A stretch of 64,000 nt of DNA from Azolla caroliniana (taxonomy: Eukaryota > Plantae > Polypodiophyta): assembly GCA_043228905.1 (NCBI GenBank), contig JBHGNT010000001.1, forward strand, positions 15,376,001 through 15,440,000, read 5' to 3'. This document shows positions 12,601-26,319 of the stretch, in pieces. Below the pieces are notes generated by a model that searched no databases, was not told the DNA's origin, and saw only the letters and a list, made by a program, of their open reading frames with translations. The position numbers and the translations under genes are program-made. Each line of letters opens with the position of its first letter. The first letter of the stretch is position 1.

Positions 12601-14125
12601 CCTTTTGCGTACATGGCCGACTTTACTTCGCTCGACTCGAGGATGAACATATGACCTTCTCGTTTGTCGTGAGCTACGATTTAATCGCCTTTTTCAATGA
12701 AGCACCCATCATTGTTGAAGCGTACCAACATTCCTTGTTCTATAATCTAGCCTACCGAGACCAGGTTTTTCGTGATGGTGGGAACATGTAGTACGTTCTT
12801 GAGGTAGGGCTGTTTGCCGTCGTTTTGAATGGGACATTCCCGATATGCTGTATTGGATGAGTCGTATCATTGCCTGTTTCGACATATCCGGGACGTTCCG
12901 GCTTCCGTAATTCCCGAAACCAATCTTCATGGGAAGTCATGTGATTGGAAGCTCCCGAATCAACAAACCATACACTATTAGGAGTGGAGGCACTGGTTGT
13001 CGCAAATGCAGACATCGAGTGTGCTTTGTGCTTCATTATGAACATTCCGCCACGGTCGCCGTAGTCAGAGTTCATGGCGTAATTTGTCAGTTGTCGGCCT
13101 GCCTCACGTTTCTTCTTCCGGCACTCCTCTTCGTAATGGCCAGGTTTTCGGCAGCGCACTCGACTGGGTTTTAGTGATTGCTTGGTCCGGCGTTATGACT
13201 CCCCCTTCCGTCGAACTCTGTGGGACCATTTCTATCCGTTTGCCATTGGTGAGAGTTACGCTCTTGATTTTACCGATCATTACGAGCTTGTCCGAAGCGA
13301 CCTCTATGACCTCGGCCGAAATTCCTTCTATCATCCGATTGGGAGTAGAGCATATGACCATATGGTGCGTTGCTCCTTTGCCGGGCGTGATTCTCTTTGA
13401 CCAGCAATATCGACTGAAGGTCGAAGGAGGGAGGGTTCTCCCTTGAGAGAATAGTCGATCTAATCGTGCCGAAACGTGGTGCTAAGCCTTCGAGGCATAT
13501 TTGCACTAGTTCGTCATCGTCAATGACGACGTTAATCGATCCGTGGGGCGTCGCATAGCTCCTTGATCTTCAAGGTATAACTTGAGATTGGCATGTCCCT
13601 CTGTTGGATGCTATTCAGCTCCTGACGAAGCTGGAGATTGCGTGCGGCCGTGTTGGCTGTGAAAATCTTTTTGAGGTTTTCCCACGCTTGCTTCGGCGTT
13701 TTTGCCTCTCGAATGTAGCCAAGAATATGGTCATGAACACATGATGCAAGGCAATACAACACACGGCTTGCAACCTGCTCCCAAGCGGGATAGTCAGCAT
13801 GTGTTGGTTTGGGGTGTGATTCGTGAGCTCCTTTGATGTAGCTCCAATAGCCTTGTCCGACAAGGTATTGATGCATCTTGTATTCCCAAGATGCAAAGTT
13901 TGTTCTGTCAAGCTTCTCGGTAGGAAGAGCGCTTCCCATTTGAGTATTCATGGTGATTTCTTCTCTGTCGATGGGCTGGTTCTGTTGATCGTCGGCGTGC
14001 AACACAACACAGTCGAAAAAACGCTTGATCAGGCAACCGCACACTTTGATACCATGTTAAGGAATGGGAAGGCAAGAGTGGTTGCAATGTAGCGGAAGGT
14101 GAACGTATATGTGTGTTTGTGCAAC

Positions 14126-14187
<62 letters not shown>

Positions 14188-14368
14188 CAAAAGTGTATAT
14201 GATATTAACGCAATGAAATACATCCAACAATGACTAAGTTACAATGAGTTGGTTTATATACCAACTAAGCTAGGGCAAGCGCCCTTTCTACTATTTACAA
14301 AACTAGCTTGGAGTGTCCATGAGCTAGTGTGAAACCTATCTAAGGGAAGTTGAGTTCGATTCTCAACA
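9529..14368 (-). mobile_element. Ty1/Copia element B (LTRs 9529-9840 and 14055-14368), decayed, with integrase deletion
   Basis: TSD CCTTC/CCTTC; Met-type PBS TGGTATCAAAG; gag, CCHC, PR DSGASNHMT, INT HSDVWGP, RT YVDDL ORF 10353-11501; (AG)n in both LTRs. Confidence 0.95.
12208..12788. repeat. 294-bp-period tandem duplication within Copia B (GAG-pre-integrase region)
   Basis: ORFs starting at 12356 and 12650 on the minus strand share MFILESSEVKSAMYAKGQKVETDLKLWHKRI; short filler at the junction. Confidence 0.92.
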
Positions 14369-15062
14369 CCTTCCGGCTCTTCGGTCTCACGTTGTCTCTC
14401 AGATGCAACTGCCGAAGTCTCTAGAATTAGTGTTGGGAGAGTCTTGCCTCAGCCATCCGCCATTGACTCATCCATAGCCAACTTCTCGACTATTTCTCCA
14501 TCATATACATTGACTGAATTCAACCTTTGTTTCCTCTTTGCCACCTTCCGTCTCTTCGGTCTCACGTTGGCTCTCAGATGCAATTGCCGAAGTCTCTAGA
14601 ATTAGTGGGAAGGAATACTCGTATTACCGTCCTCCATCGAATCATCCTTAGCCTCCTTCGCCTCGATGTCGTTATCCGTGGCTATCTCTTCAACTCCATA
14701 GGCTTCACACTCTTTGCCCTCCTTGATCGTGCAAGCATCAATTGTGCTTACCCCTTTTTCACCCGATGTTTCGAACACTCGTGTCCCAAAACCTTCTTCC
14801 ACCCTTGAAGTGGTGTTCGTCACTCTCAAGTCATCAGCCTTATCCTTGGCTATCGTTCTTTCACAAGACAAGAGGATAGCTTGTTCCACACCCTCTCCCA
14901 TAGTACCATCAATTTGTATTTCGGCCTTCATATCGGCCACATCATTCATTCTCAATCGATCATCCCTCATGGACCATGTTGATGCTAACGAGATTCTCGT
15001 CTTCCTCTTATCATGTCTTCGGCATACTCTTTCGACTTCAGCCCAATCCTCGGTGAGGCCAT

Positions 15063-16683
15063 TGTTACCGGCCGGCAAGGAGTCCAAAATACGGAGTGAA
15101 GGAATTAATTAAGTATGGTTGTAATAAGCATAGTGTGGACGGACGGACTGGAAACGGTATGCCGTTCCAGATCCGGACGGATCCCGAATAGGTGCGAGAG
15201 GCACCGTTTTGTACTACAGGCCGGAAACCTATTTAAAGGCCCGGACCCCATTGTAATCACAGCGGATAATTAATAGAGCTTATGATGTTTATACTTCTGT
15301 CTTGATTTCCGTTCTGTAATTACTGTTATATCTTACGCGGGTAATTAACCAAAGCATTCTAATCGTGTAACCTACGTAAGTCGGTGTAATCGTTGAATCT
15401 TAATCCTATGCCGTAATCACCCTTTGGTGAAGTGTCTCCGTGACACCTTGTGTTAGGCCTTGTCCGGCCCTCCGGCCGCTTCGGCTGCTCCAGCCACTGT
15501 CCGGATATTTCGATCGGTTTCCGGCCCTTTTGGCCGCTCTCCGGCCACTTCGGCCGCTCTGGTTGCTCCTGTCCGGTCACTCTCCGGCCTATCCGACCGC
15601 TCGAACTGCTGTCCGGTCGTCTCCATCTTCGTTGTTGTTTGGCACGAACAACCATGTCTTTCCGGTTGTATCCGTCCGGTTCATTCCGTTTTTTTTTTCC
15701 GTTTCTTCTATCCGGACCATTCCATCATCGTGTTTATGTGTTTTTCTTTGGCCCCCGTCTGTGGTTTTTTTTGCATCACGTCGTCTCGTCTGACTTCTCC
15801 GTTTCTGGCTATGTCGTGTCGGTGTCTTTGTCTCCGTCTGGGTTTGCCAGTCGCCTCTGTCGTTGTCTGTCGACTGCCCATTTCGTCTGACCGTTTGTCT
15901 AATCTGGTCCGGTCCTTTGTTTTTCTGGTTGTGTCTGTCTGGCTGGCCGTGGCCTTCCGGGACTTTGTCTCTGGTTCCGCCATTCTGCATTGCCCATGGT
16001 CTTTGTGTGATATCTCTATCGCAGTCGACATCCATGTCTTTGTTTGTCCGGTGGTCTTCTTCTTTGTTAGGTGTCTCCGACCTTGACGTTCCGGTGCTGT
16101 TGGTTTCTCTGGTCGTCGATGTCTGGTTTGCGTTTGCATCTCTTCTCTATCTTTTATGGTCCTTCGGTGTTAACCAACTCTGGTTCTTGTTCCGATTCCG
16201 GTTCCGACTCTCTCCGCGTTGTTTCTTCTGGAACCATTGCCCGTGCATTCTCAGCACATCCTGCCGGTCTCCGCTCCACACACTGCGACTTTCTCCGCAG
16301 TCTCCTGGTGGGCTTCTCTTTCCGGTCGTGCTGGCACCGGTTCCCTTTGCGTTGCTGTTTGTCCAGCCGTGCATCTTGCACCACACACTGCCGGTCTCCG
16401 CTCCACACACTGTGACTTTCTCCGCAGTCTCCTGGTGGGCTTCTCTTTCCGGTCGTGCTGGCACCGGTTCCCTTTGCGTTGCTGTTTGTCCAGCCGTGCA
16501 TCTTGCACCACGCTTTTGAGAACACGCACATTGTCACTAACCGCTTTCGGAGACACGCAAATGGACACTAATCGTAACCTCGCACAAACATTGTTGCCAT
16601 TCATGCATTCCTCCATAGACTTCCTCCAACATATTCACCGTCATTTTTGCGTTTCACCATTTCTTGCACTTAGTCGCTATGGC
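15063..16683 (+). mobile_element. Unclassified insertion: LTR-like 15063-15445, CCGG/pyrimidine-rich leader and a 127-bp tandem duplication (16261-16511); no TSD
   Basis: TGTTACC...CCGTGACA with TATTTAAA inside; removing it restores host gag DDDGANGLTEDW exactly. Confidence 0.7.
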
Positions 16684-17249
16684 TTGCACCGTCATCATCT
16701 TCAAGTTCAATCCCAATGGCCATCCTTTCTTTCCAATCAATCGATCTTACGAACATTAGGACTTTATCCATCCTGACCAATCGTTGTTCCCACTCCGAGA
16801 GTTGAGAAAAATGATGCTCGAACTCTATGAATGCTTGTGTCGCGCTTTGGTGGATCTTCGCCAATGCCACCCATTGGTCAAACTCGCGTCGATCTCGTCT
16901 CTTCAATCTCTCATAATCATATGACTCTCGTAAAGCTTCTTCAAAGGAACCCCATGTTGCGTTTTGTTGCCTTATCTTGTAGATTCTCTCTTGTAACTCA
17001 TCCGTGGCTACCCAATTGAAGGATATGACTTGCAATCTTTCTGATATCCCACATCACATCATCTCCGCGTTGTAGTCATGTAGATAGCATGACACATCCT
17101 TTCCGTTGAATTGTCCGTTTCGTTGTACGAGCCACTTTACTGCCGCCGTGATCTCTGACATCGCTTGTTGTTCTTGTAGCATCCGCTCGAACATCATCAT
17201 CATCGTGTTCATCGCCTCTTGTTGATTCTCCATCTCCTTGCCACCCGTC

Positions 17250-17267
17250 TTCACGTCGGGTTCACCA
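17250..17267 (-). promoter_or_regulatory. Primer-binding site complementary to the tRNA-Trp 3' end
   Basis: TGGTGAACCCGACGTGAA matches the plant tRNA-Trp(CCA) 3' end as I recall it (TTCACGTCGGGTTCACCA); variants at 27115-27132 (-) and 31502-31519 (+). Confidence 0.85.
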
Positions 17268-20200
17268 ATTGTGTCGTGCCTTTTGGCGCCAGATCGTTGC
17301 ATGAGTCGGGTGGGAATCACTGGGGTTTTGGACTAGGAGGAGGAAGAATTTGAGACGAGTTTAGTTATGAATAGATTATTAGAAAGAGAGATAGAAACTT
17401 GTGAATCCCACAAGTATAGTTGTTTTAGTTTATCTTAATTGTAGTAATAAATTGAAATAGTTTAGAATATATTAGAGTAGATTGAGAAAAGAGATCAAAA
17501 CTTGTGAATCCCACAAGTATTATATTAATCAATATTTATGTAAGAATATGAATGTAGATTGAAAGAGAAGGATATAGAAACCTCGTGAATCCCACGAGTA
17601 TAGTTTATTAATTGGTGTTTTTAGAAATATACCCAATTTCCAAAGTTTTCACACACCTTATTACATTGTGCTCCCCATCCTTATATAGTGATGAGAGAGT
17701 TTGTGCTTTTTCTCTAACTATAGACTCCATGCTTTTTCTGTCGATAGACTACATGCTTTCTCTAAACATGCTTTTTCTAAAAGTGATCATGCGTTTTTTT
17801 TATCTAGAAAATATACGTGAAATAACCCTTCTATGTGGGATATCTACTTTTTAACACTTATAATATGTTAGTGTAATAGTAAGGCTTTATATTATAAACA
17901 TGGAGGTACAAGGTTGGAATCTTGCCCTATGCATGTAATATATATTTTGATATTTCTTTCTTTTTCTTCATATTTATTCAATCGGTTATTTTATATGTTT
18001 TTCACGTAGGTACGAAATACACCACGACAACGTGTATAGAATACTAGGGTAAATTCTCAGCACGGGATATTATATGGTCATGCCCCTAACATACTCCCCC
18101 TCTTTAAAACATTGCACTCTTGCAATGGAAAGTTAGGGAAGTTAGTTATGAGAGTATTTTCGCGTTCCCATGTGGCATCTTTTATTGATTTATCCATCCA
18201 TTTTATTTTAAATTCTCTGATTTCTTTAGTACGTAATTTTCTTGTTTTAACATCGAGAATTCTTTTTGGTAAATGTGGTTTAGAAGATAATTCTTTAGAA
18301 GTAACCAGAGTTTCAGTTGTAACTGTATTGTTGCCAGAACCTAGAAGTTCTTTTTGACGACTCACATGAAAAACTAGATAAATTTCAACACCATCGGGAA
18401 GAGCGAGACGATAGTCTGATGACCCAATGCGTTTGAGGATTGTAAAAGGTCCACAAAACCGTGGGGCTAACTTAGTGCACTTACCCTTAGAAAATGTCTT
18501 AGAATTGTGAGGTACACGTAAAAATACCTTCTGTCTAAGGTTGAATACACGAGGTTGCCTATGATGATCGACATAAAAACGCACTCTATCTTGAGCTGTT
18601 TTTATATTATCTCGTGCAATATGCAACATATCTTGCATATCCCAAAGAAATTTTTGCATACTTCGCAACTCATCATGATGTATATTAACATCAATTGGGG
18701 TCGTGGGTGAAAACCATACATCAACATAAAAGGACTATATCTCGTCGACGTATGCTTGGAGCTGTTATAAGCAAACTCCAAAATTGGGAGATAACGTTCC
18801 CATTTTGTTGGTTTTGTACCAACATATGCTCGAAGCATGTCCTCAATAATTTGATTTACTTGTTCTATCTGTCCATCGGATTGAGGATGATCCGTGGAGC
18901 TCATGCTCAATGTAGTTTCTGACTTCTTAAAGACTTGCGTCTAGAAGTCACTAGTAAACTTTGGACCTTGATCACTCATGATATCCATCGGTAACCCATA
19001 AAAACGAAATAACTCGTCAACGAATTGGTAAGCCAATTCAGGAGCTGTTACCGTGGTTTTCGTAGCAATAAATTTGGCCATTTTAGATAGTCTGTCAACC
19101 ACAACCCAGATGGCATCATTGCCTTTTTGGGTGTCATGATGCCATTTAGTTAACCTAACATTGGTGACATTTAGTCACATAGCTATGTATGTCAGGACGC
19201 ATCTTAGGCCAATAAAATTGAGTGGAGATGAGAACGAGTGTACGATGTATTCCAGGGTGCCCTGTAGAAGGTGCATCATGGCATTAAAAAAGAAATCTCT
19301 TTTTGACCTCAGGCAAATCTGGAACATAAACCTTCCCATTACGGTAGAGCAAACCGTTAGCAATGTGGAAGTATTCCTTCAAGGATGTCGTGGTGTCTAT
19401 TCCAGACTCAACTCTTGCCCAGTATTTTGCAAAATAACTGTCATCATGATACTTTCCTCGAAGGTTATCATAAAGATTTGATGTTATTTCAGTGAAGCTA
19501 AGCATGTTAACTTCACGAATGCGACTTAGTGCATCAACGACAATGTTTATGGAACCTTTACGATATCGCATGGAAAAATCAAAGTCTTGGATGAGATCAA
19601 CCCATCGTGCCTTACGACCTTTTAGGTCTTGTTGGTCACAAAAATATTTCAAGGACTCGTGGTCCATAGTTACCACAAAACGATTTCCATAAAGATAATG
19701 GCGCCATGTTTTGAGAGCATGTATAACTGCAAATAACTCCTTTTCTTGAATGGTATACCGACATTGAGTAGAATCAAGTTTCTTACTCTTGAATGCTATT
19801 GGTTTACGTAAAAAGTAACGTGCGGAAGCAAGTGTGAAGACCGAACAGGAGGAAGAAAACTCAGGTTCAATGGAGAGCTTGAGCTTACGCATTATACGCG
19901 GGAGAGACAAAGAGAGTGAGAGAGAGAAAACACAAGAACTATATTCAACCTCTATTCACGACTCTATACATATGTGTGTTCAATGAACACTTTTATACAA
20001 GTCCTAGAAGGACTGACCGAAGTACTGACAGTACTTCAATGCTTATTGACAGCTCCTACACTACCTCCCAAATATATTCCTCACGGTATATCTTTCCTAA
20101 CGGCCTCCCGGTTTACGCACTCGGCCTAACCGATCGGTCCCAACCGATCCGGTCCTCGGCTTCTTCAGCCGATCCGGCCGATGTTGAGCTTGTCTCTCAA

Positions 20201-22062
20201 CACTCCCCCTCAAGCTCAACTTGAGGCTCTTCGGGATCTTCGGGCTCACAACTCCGGTTCCTCTTGTCTTCACGCCTCGCTCGCGCTCCACGACCTGTTC
20301 GACTCCGCGCGCTTCGACCCTTCCGGTCGGCTTGTCTGCTCATGTGGCCCTTATCAGCTCTTCTGTTGTTGCGGTGTTGACGCTTCTCCTACTGCCTTTT
20401 CTTCTGCTTGGGCCTCGGTTGATTCAGTGTATCTGAATCAAACATCCGAACCGGCTCGGCTACCTCCGATCGGTTTTCGCTCTCGTCCGAGTTGGCTGTC
20501 TCCAACTCGTCTTCGGTCTTCTCGCCCTCGGTGGCGTCATCTTTCCCATGCGTGGTTGGCTTTGGCTCTCTCCTTCGGTTGCTCCCCTTCTGTCCGCTTC
20601 CGGACTTTTCCGCGGGTCCGCCCTCGGCTTCTTCAGCCGATCCGAAGTCCAACTTGACAACCGAGTCAACCGACTCGGTGTCACAGTCTCCGCTCCTTTC
20701 TTGCTGCCTTGTTTGGTCGTTCGAGACTGTTCTCCCCCTCAAGTTTGGCACGTCGAGGTGACGCAATCCGAGCGCACCCGAGAATTGCCGCAACCTTTCC
20801 AGACCAAGAGGCTTGGTGAAGATGTCGGCAGTCTGCCGATCCGTCGGAACTTACTGAAGTTCGACTTCACCGGAAAGGACACGCTCACGGATGATGTGGT
20901 AGTGCACCTCAATGTGCTTGGTCCATGCGTGGAAAACGGGGTTTTTCGCGAGCTGGATGCTGCTGAAGTTGTCGCAATTGATCGTCGTCGGATCTGACAC
21001 CTCCTCTTGCAGGTCCTTAAGTAGCCGCTTCAACCATACGGCTTCGCATGTCGCGACAGCCGCTCCTCGGTACTCAGCTTCGGTGCTCGACAACGCAATT
21101 GTCGGCTGCTTCGTACTGCTCCACGCGATCGTGGTACTCCCGAGGGAGAACGCGTATCTGGACGTGGATCGACGATCAACGGCGTTGCTAGCCCAATCAG
21201 CATCAGTGTAGCCGACTAACTGCGTGGCTGCACCGGTCCGATATAGCAGTCCCCGGTCCTTAGTGCCGTTGACATACCGAAGTATGCGTTGCGCACACTG
21301 AAGGTGTTCCTCGGTAGGTCGCGCCATGAACTAACTGATCACTTCGACCGGATAACTGAGGTCGGGTCGTGTGATGGTCAAGTATATGAGGCTTCCGACA
21401 ATTTGTCGGAACCTCGTCGGGTCGCATACCTTTCCCATATCGGGACGAAGCTTGATGGTTCTGTCTAGAGGAGTCGAGAAGGACTTACAGTCGGCCATCC
21501 CGAATTTGAAGAGCATACTCAGCACGTAATGACGTTGGCTGATCAATATGCCATCGGGGGTACGGATCACTTCGATCCTGAGGAAGTAATGAAGGTCCCC
21601 CAGATCCTTCATGTCGAACGATGCCGCAAGCTGGAGCTTCACGCGGTCGATTTCACCTAGGTCGGCGCCGGTGATGACCAAGTCATCAACATATAGTAAA
21701 ATACTAACCGGTCCGAGTCGACCTTTCTGGATGAACAGGGAAGAGTCCGATTTTGATGTGACGAAGCCCATCCGACATAGTTGTTGCGTGATCTTCGCGT
21801 TCCAGGCACGCGGGGCTTGCTTCAGTCCGTAAAGGGACTTCTTCAGTCGGCATACTGCCAAGGAGTTCGTTCCAGAGTGAAATCTGGGGGGCTGTACCAT
21901 GTACACCTGTTCCTCAAGGTCACCTTGCAGGAACACATTCTTTACATCCATCTGATGTAAGTGCCACCCCTTCACCGCAGCTACTGCGAGCAAAACATGG
22001 ACGGTCGTCATTTTCGCGACCGGCGCAAACGTCTCATCGTAGTCGATGCTGTGTTTCTGCGC

Positions 22063-22765
22063 TGTCGTAGTGTATTCCACACACTACGTGAAAACCATAA
22101 AATAATATATTCGATTTTAGATACATATAAATAAATAAATAATATATCAAAAGAATTTCTCACGTGCATAGGGCAAGATTCGAACCATGCACCTCCACGT
22201 AGATAAACCCCAACTTTACCATTATAATAACTTATCTTTAGTGTTATAAATATAGATTTAATACGTATAAGACCTTTATTTACACATACCTTTATTAAAA
22301 GGTAAAAATCATGTATTCTTTAGAGTGTGAATATTTTATTTACACGTGACATTAAAAGTGACTCACGCACATCTAGCGTGCATGAGCCCTATATTTAGGA
22401 AATGACAAAGCATCACATGCACATTTAGTGTGCATGGACACTTTAGGTGAAAAAGCATGAAGCCATGCTTAGCCTCTTCCATCTTTATATAAGGAGGAGA
22501 GAAATATGTATAAGGTTGTTGATTAATATACAAGGATTGATCAATCTAATATATTCGTGGGATTCACGAATTTTGCCATCTAATTGCTCTTATAATCTAA
22601 ATATTGTTTTAATTACACTAAACTCGTGGGATTCACGAGATTGCTATCTTACTTCTCTTTCCACTATTCATAACTAGCCTTAAGTTGTATTCCTCTTCCT
22701 CCTAGTCAAAAAACCTTGGCGGTTCCCACCCGACTCACGATGATCCGGAGCCGAAGGGCACGACA
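22063..22765 (+). mobile_element. Trp-family solo LTR T3 inside the Copia C RT
   Basis: TGTCGTAG...GGCACGACA, similar to the T2 LTRs; 4-bp TSD GCGC/GCGC; host VAKGYA|QKH rejoins. Confidence 0.93.
22172..22229 (-). promoter_or_regulatory. tRNA-like A/B-box module in solo LTR T3
   Basis: TATTATAATGG and GGTTCGAATC at 44-nt spacing. Confidence 0.55.
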
Positions 22766-25700
22766 GCGCGTAGCCCTTTGCCACGAGCCGAGCTTTGTAC
22801 TGGTTGACCAAGCCATCGGTGTTGTACTTGACTTTGTACACCCACCTACACTCGATCGGCTTCACACCCTTTGGTTCGTCAACCAGGTCCCAAGTCTCGT
22901 TCTCCGCCAATGCGTGCATCTCTTCCTCCATCGCGGCGCGCCAATTCGTGTCCTTCGCCGCTTCTGCGTAGCTCTCCAGCTCACGCACTTCCGCTATACG
23001 GGTCATGTACGCATAATGATGTGCCATGTACTCGTTGTATCCGAACTGCAAAACAGGGTTCTTCTGGCGGGTAGATCGGCGTAATCTCACATTAGCCGAT
23101 GTCGAGGCCTTCTCGGTCGACGCAGACTTCACCTTTAAAGACCCGTCACCGGTTCCCTCGGAGTCGGACTCGTTCCTATCCGTGCCGGAATCCGACACCT
23201 TCTTCTTCCATTTCTCCTTGCGCGTAAGACGTCTCCTCGGCTTCCTGCACAGGGAATGCACGGTCGAGTCTCCACTACTTGCCGGCTCTTCATCGGACTG
23301 GTCGTACCGACTCAGTCGTCCAATTGGTCCACTTAAACGGAGTGAAATTGGACTCTCTTCGCGGGTCTCAATTTCGGGCTCATCCGGAGGCATCTTGGCC
23401 TCGCTGACCTCATCGTCAGAACACGGATTGGAGTCGGGGCTTGGTACCTGGACGCGGACTCGTCAACCACAACGTCGTGGCTAACACGCGCTTGTTTGGT
23501 GCGAGGGTTATAGCACTTATAACCCTTCTTCTCGTCCGAGTAACCGACCAAGATGCATTTCTCGGCCTTTGCGTCCAACTTCCTCCTTTTCTCCTTTGGT
23601 ACATGCACATACGCAATGCTACCGAACACCCTCAAGTGTCGCAAGTTCGGCTTTGTTCCGAAATATAGCTCGTGCGCCGACACTTTGTCTCCGATCCGGT
23701 TCTGGATGTATACCGCGGTCCTTACCGCCTCGGCCCAGTAGAACTTGGGCAAGCTCTTCTCCTCCAGCATTGCTCGTGCCGCTTCCACAACTGACCAATT
23801 CTTCCTCTCGGCCACGCCATTCTGCTCCGACGTGTATCTACAACTGAATTCGCGCCGAATTCCCATTTGTTGTAGATAACCGTTGAATTGACCAGAAAAG
23901 TACTCTTTCCCGCCATCTGACCGCAGGCACTTGATCTTTCATCCTGTTTACGTTTCCACGAACCCTTTGAGGTCCCGGAAACAGTCGAAGACTTCGCTCT
24001 TCCTCTCAATGAGGTAGATCCACGTGTGCCGCGTGTGGTCGTAGATGAAGGAGACGAAATATCGGCTCCCGCCAAGACTAACATTTTGTGCCGGCCCCCA
24101 TACATCGGAGTGTATAAGGTTGAGCTTGTTCCGGCTCCGGTTTCGCTCGTTGGGGAAGGGAAGTCGGTGTTGCTTCCCGAGCTGGCAGGATTCACAAATT
24201 TGTGCCTTTCGGCCACTAAATTTGGGCAATCCGAACACTACCTGTTTCGTTTGCAGATCTTGAAGCCATTGGTAGTTGACGTGGCCTATCCGCTTGTGCC
24301 ACAAGTCTATGTCCGACTCGGATTTTTGTCCCTTCGCGAACATTGCGATGCCGCCGTCAGTGGGGTCGAGGATGAACATCCTCCCGTCTCTGCGCCCTTG
24401 CGCAATCACACGGCCTTCTTCCTCAATGAAGCACCCGAGGTGTGTAAACCGAACCTCCATCCCTTGGTCGACGATCTGTCCGACCGAGACCAAGTTCTTC
24501 GTGATTGTCGAAACGTGCAACACGTTCATGAGTTTCCCTTTTTGCCCGACATGGCTAAGGGGAACTTCTCCGACATTCACGATCAGATGCGGAGTGTCGT
24601 CTCTAGTTGCGACTACTCTAGGTTGTATCGGTTTTTCAAGGTACGAGAACCACTCCTTACAGCTCGTCCGATCTCGGGGTGGTCCGTTTCATTGAGTTTG
24701 CTTCGTGTCTCGTCACGAAGGCAGACCCTTCTCCGGCTCTCCCGGAGTCTTCGACGTAGTGCGATCGCTGCCGATTTCCCTTGTCGGTATGTCCGGAGTC
24801 GTTTCCGGAACCGGTTCTCTCCGAATCGGCGCGCTTCTTCTAGCACTCACTTTCCCTGTGGCCTTTCTTGCCACAATACTAGCACTCCGCGATGGCCTTC
24901 CCTTGCTGGTTCTCATCGCTTTGACTCCCCCTGTTTCCGGAGGGTCCGGAGTTGCTGTCGGCATCACTTCGGTGCCTTCTTCCTTGATCTCGTCGGCCGC
25001 CTCCATTGCGCGCCGACTCGCCTCTTCCTCCACGTCCATGGGGCCTATCTCCCTCCGTGTACAACATTTTGCTGTCCATGTGCGTGCTTGTAGACGCACC
25101 CGCGTGGTTCTCCTCTACCAGGAGCATTGATTGTAAGTCGAAAAAGGACGGCGTATTCTCCCGGGTACACACAGCCGTTCAGAACGCTCCGAACTTCGAC
25201 GCCAAACCTCCGAGACAGATCTGGACCATCTCACTCTCCTCGATGTTCACCTCTATGGAGGCGAGGGAGTTGCAGATATCCTTGATCTTCGAGGTGTAGT
25301 TCGCCACTGACAAGTCGCGTTGTCGTAGGTTGCTCAACTCCTGTCGGAGCTGAAGCTTCTTGGCTGTGGTGCTCGCGGCGAAAATCTTCTTCAGATTTTC
25401 CCACGCACCCTTTGGCGTCTTTGCATCCCGAACATAGCTCAATAGTTGTTCGCCCACACACGACGCGAAGTAGTATAATACCCTGCTCGCCGATTGCTCC
25501 CACGACGGGAAGTCTCTGTGTGTCGATTCGGGTGCCGCGTCATTAGCTCCTTCGACATAACTCCAGTAGCCGTGCCCGAGCAGGTACTAGTGCATCTTGT
25601 AGGACCAAGACGCGTAGTTGGTTCTGTCGAGCTTCTCTGTTGGAAGCGAGCTCGCCATGCCTCTATCCATCGTTCTTCTTGTTCTTCTTCGTCAAGCTGT

Positions 25701-26319
25701 GTCGGCTGTAGAGAGGTTCTCAACCCTCGCGCTCTGATACGATGTAAAAAGTAATGTGCGGAAGCAAGTGTGAAGACCGAACAGGAGGAAGAAAACTCAG
25801 GTTCAATGGAGAGCTTGAGCGTACGCAGTATACGCGGGAGAGACAGAGAGAGTGAGAGAGAGAAAACACAAGAACTATATTCAACCTCTATTCACGACTC
25901 TATACATATGTGTGTTCAATGAACACTTTTATACAAGTCCTAGAAGGACTGACCGAAGTACTAACAATACTTCAATGCTCATTGAGAGATCCTACACTAA
26001 CTCCCAAATATATTCCTCACGGAATATCTTTCCTAACGGCCTCCCGGTTTACGCACTCGGCCTAACCGATCGGTCCCAACCGATCCGGTCCTCGGCTTCT
26101 TCAGCGCCGATCCGGCCGATGTTGAGCTTGTCTCTCAACAATTTACCATCTTGATATAAGACAACACCTATAGCATAATCTCTTGCATCGGTTTCAACCT
26201 CAAATGGTTTTGAAGGATCAGGTAAAAGAAGTAAAGGAGCCTTGCACACCTTGTCCTCGAGTTCCTTAAATGCGAGGTCTAGTGTAGCATTCCAGACAAT
26301 AGGTTTTCTAGAGTTACAC

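Larger units (their letters stand above)
7842..18029 (-). mobile_element. Trp-family element T2: non-autonomous, gag only (LTRs 7842-8654 and 17272-18029)
   Basis: Paired LTRs, ACGT/ACGT TSD, Trp PBS, PPT at 8655; gag-like reading frame (GQFNGKDVSCYL...WGSFEEAL) with no RT or INT motifs. Confidence 0.92.
19807..26140 (-). mobile_element. Ty1/Copia element C (LTRs 19807-20202 and 25743-26140), decayed
   Basis: TSD GTTTA/ATTTA; Met PBS variant TCGTATCAGAGC; gag, INT, RT (YVDDL) and RNase H fragments; PPT at 20203. Confidence 0.95.

Noticed and set aside
15440-16776. Many overlapping 100-220 aa ORFs on both strands
   Set aside because: Low-complexity, A-poor repeat sequence lacks stop codons by composition; no recognisable domains.
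19133-19169. Apparent tiny TGTCA...TGACA element in the G1 integrase
   Set aside because: One end is host zinc-finger coding sequence (CHQC); better explained as a deletion with short filler.
24026-25093. 355-aa plus-strand ORF and similar antisense ORFs
   Set aside because: Shadow frames opposite GC-rich Copia gag-pol.
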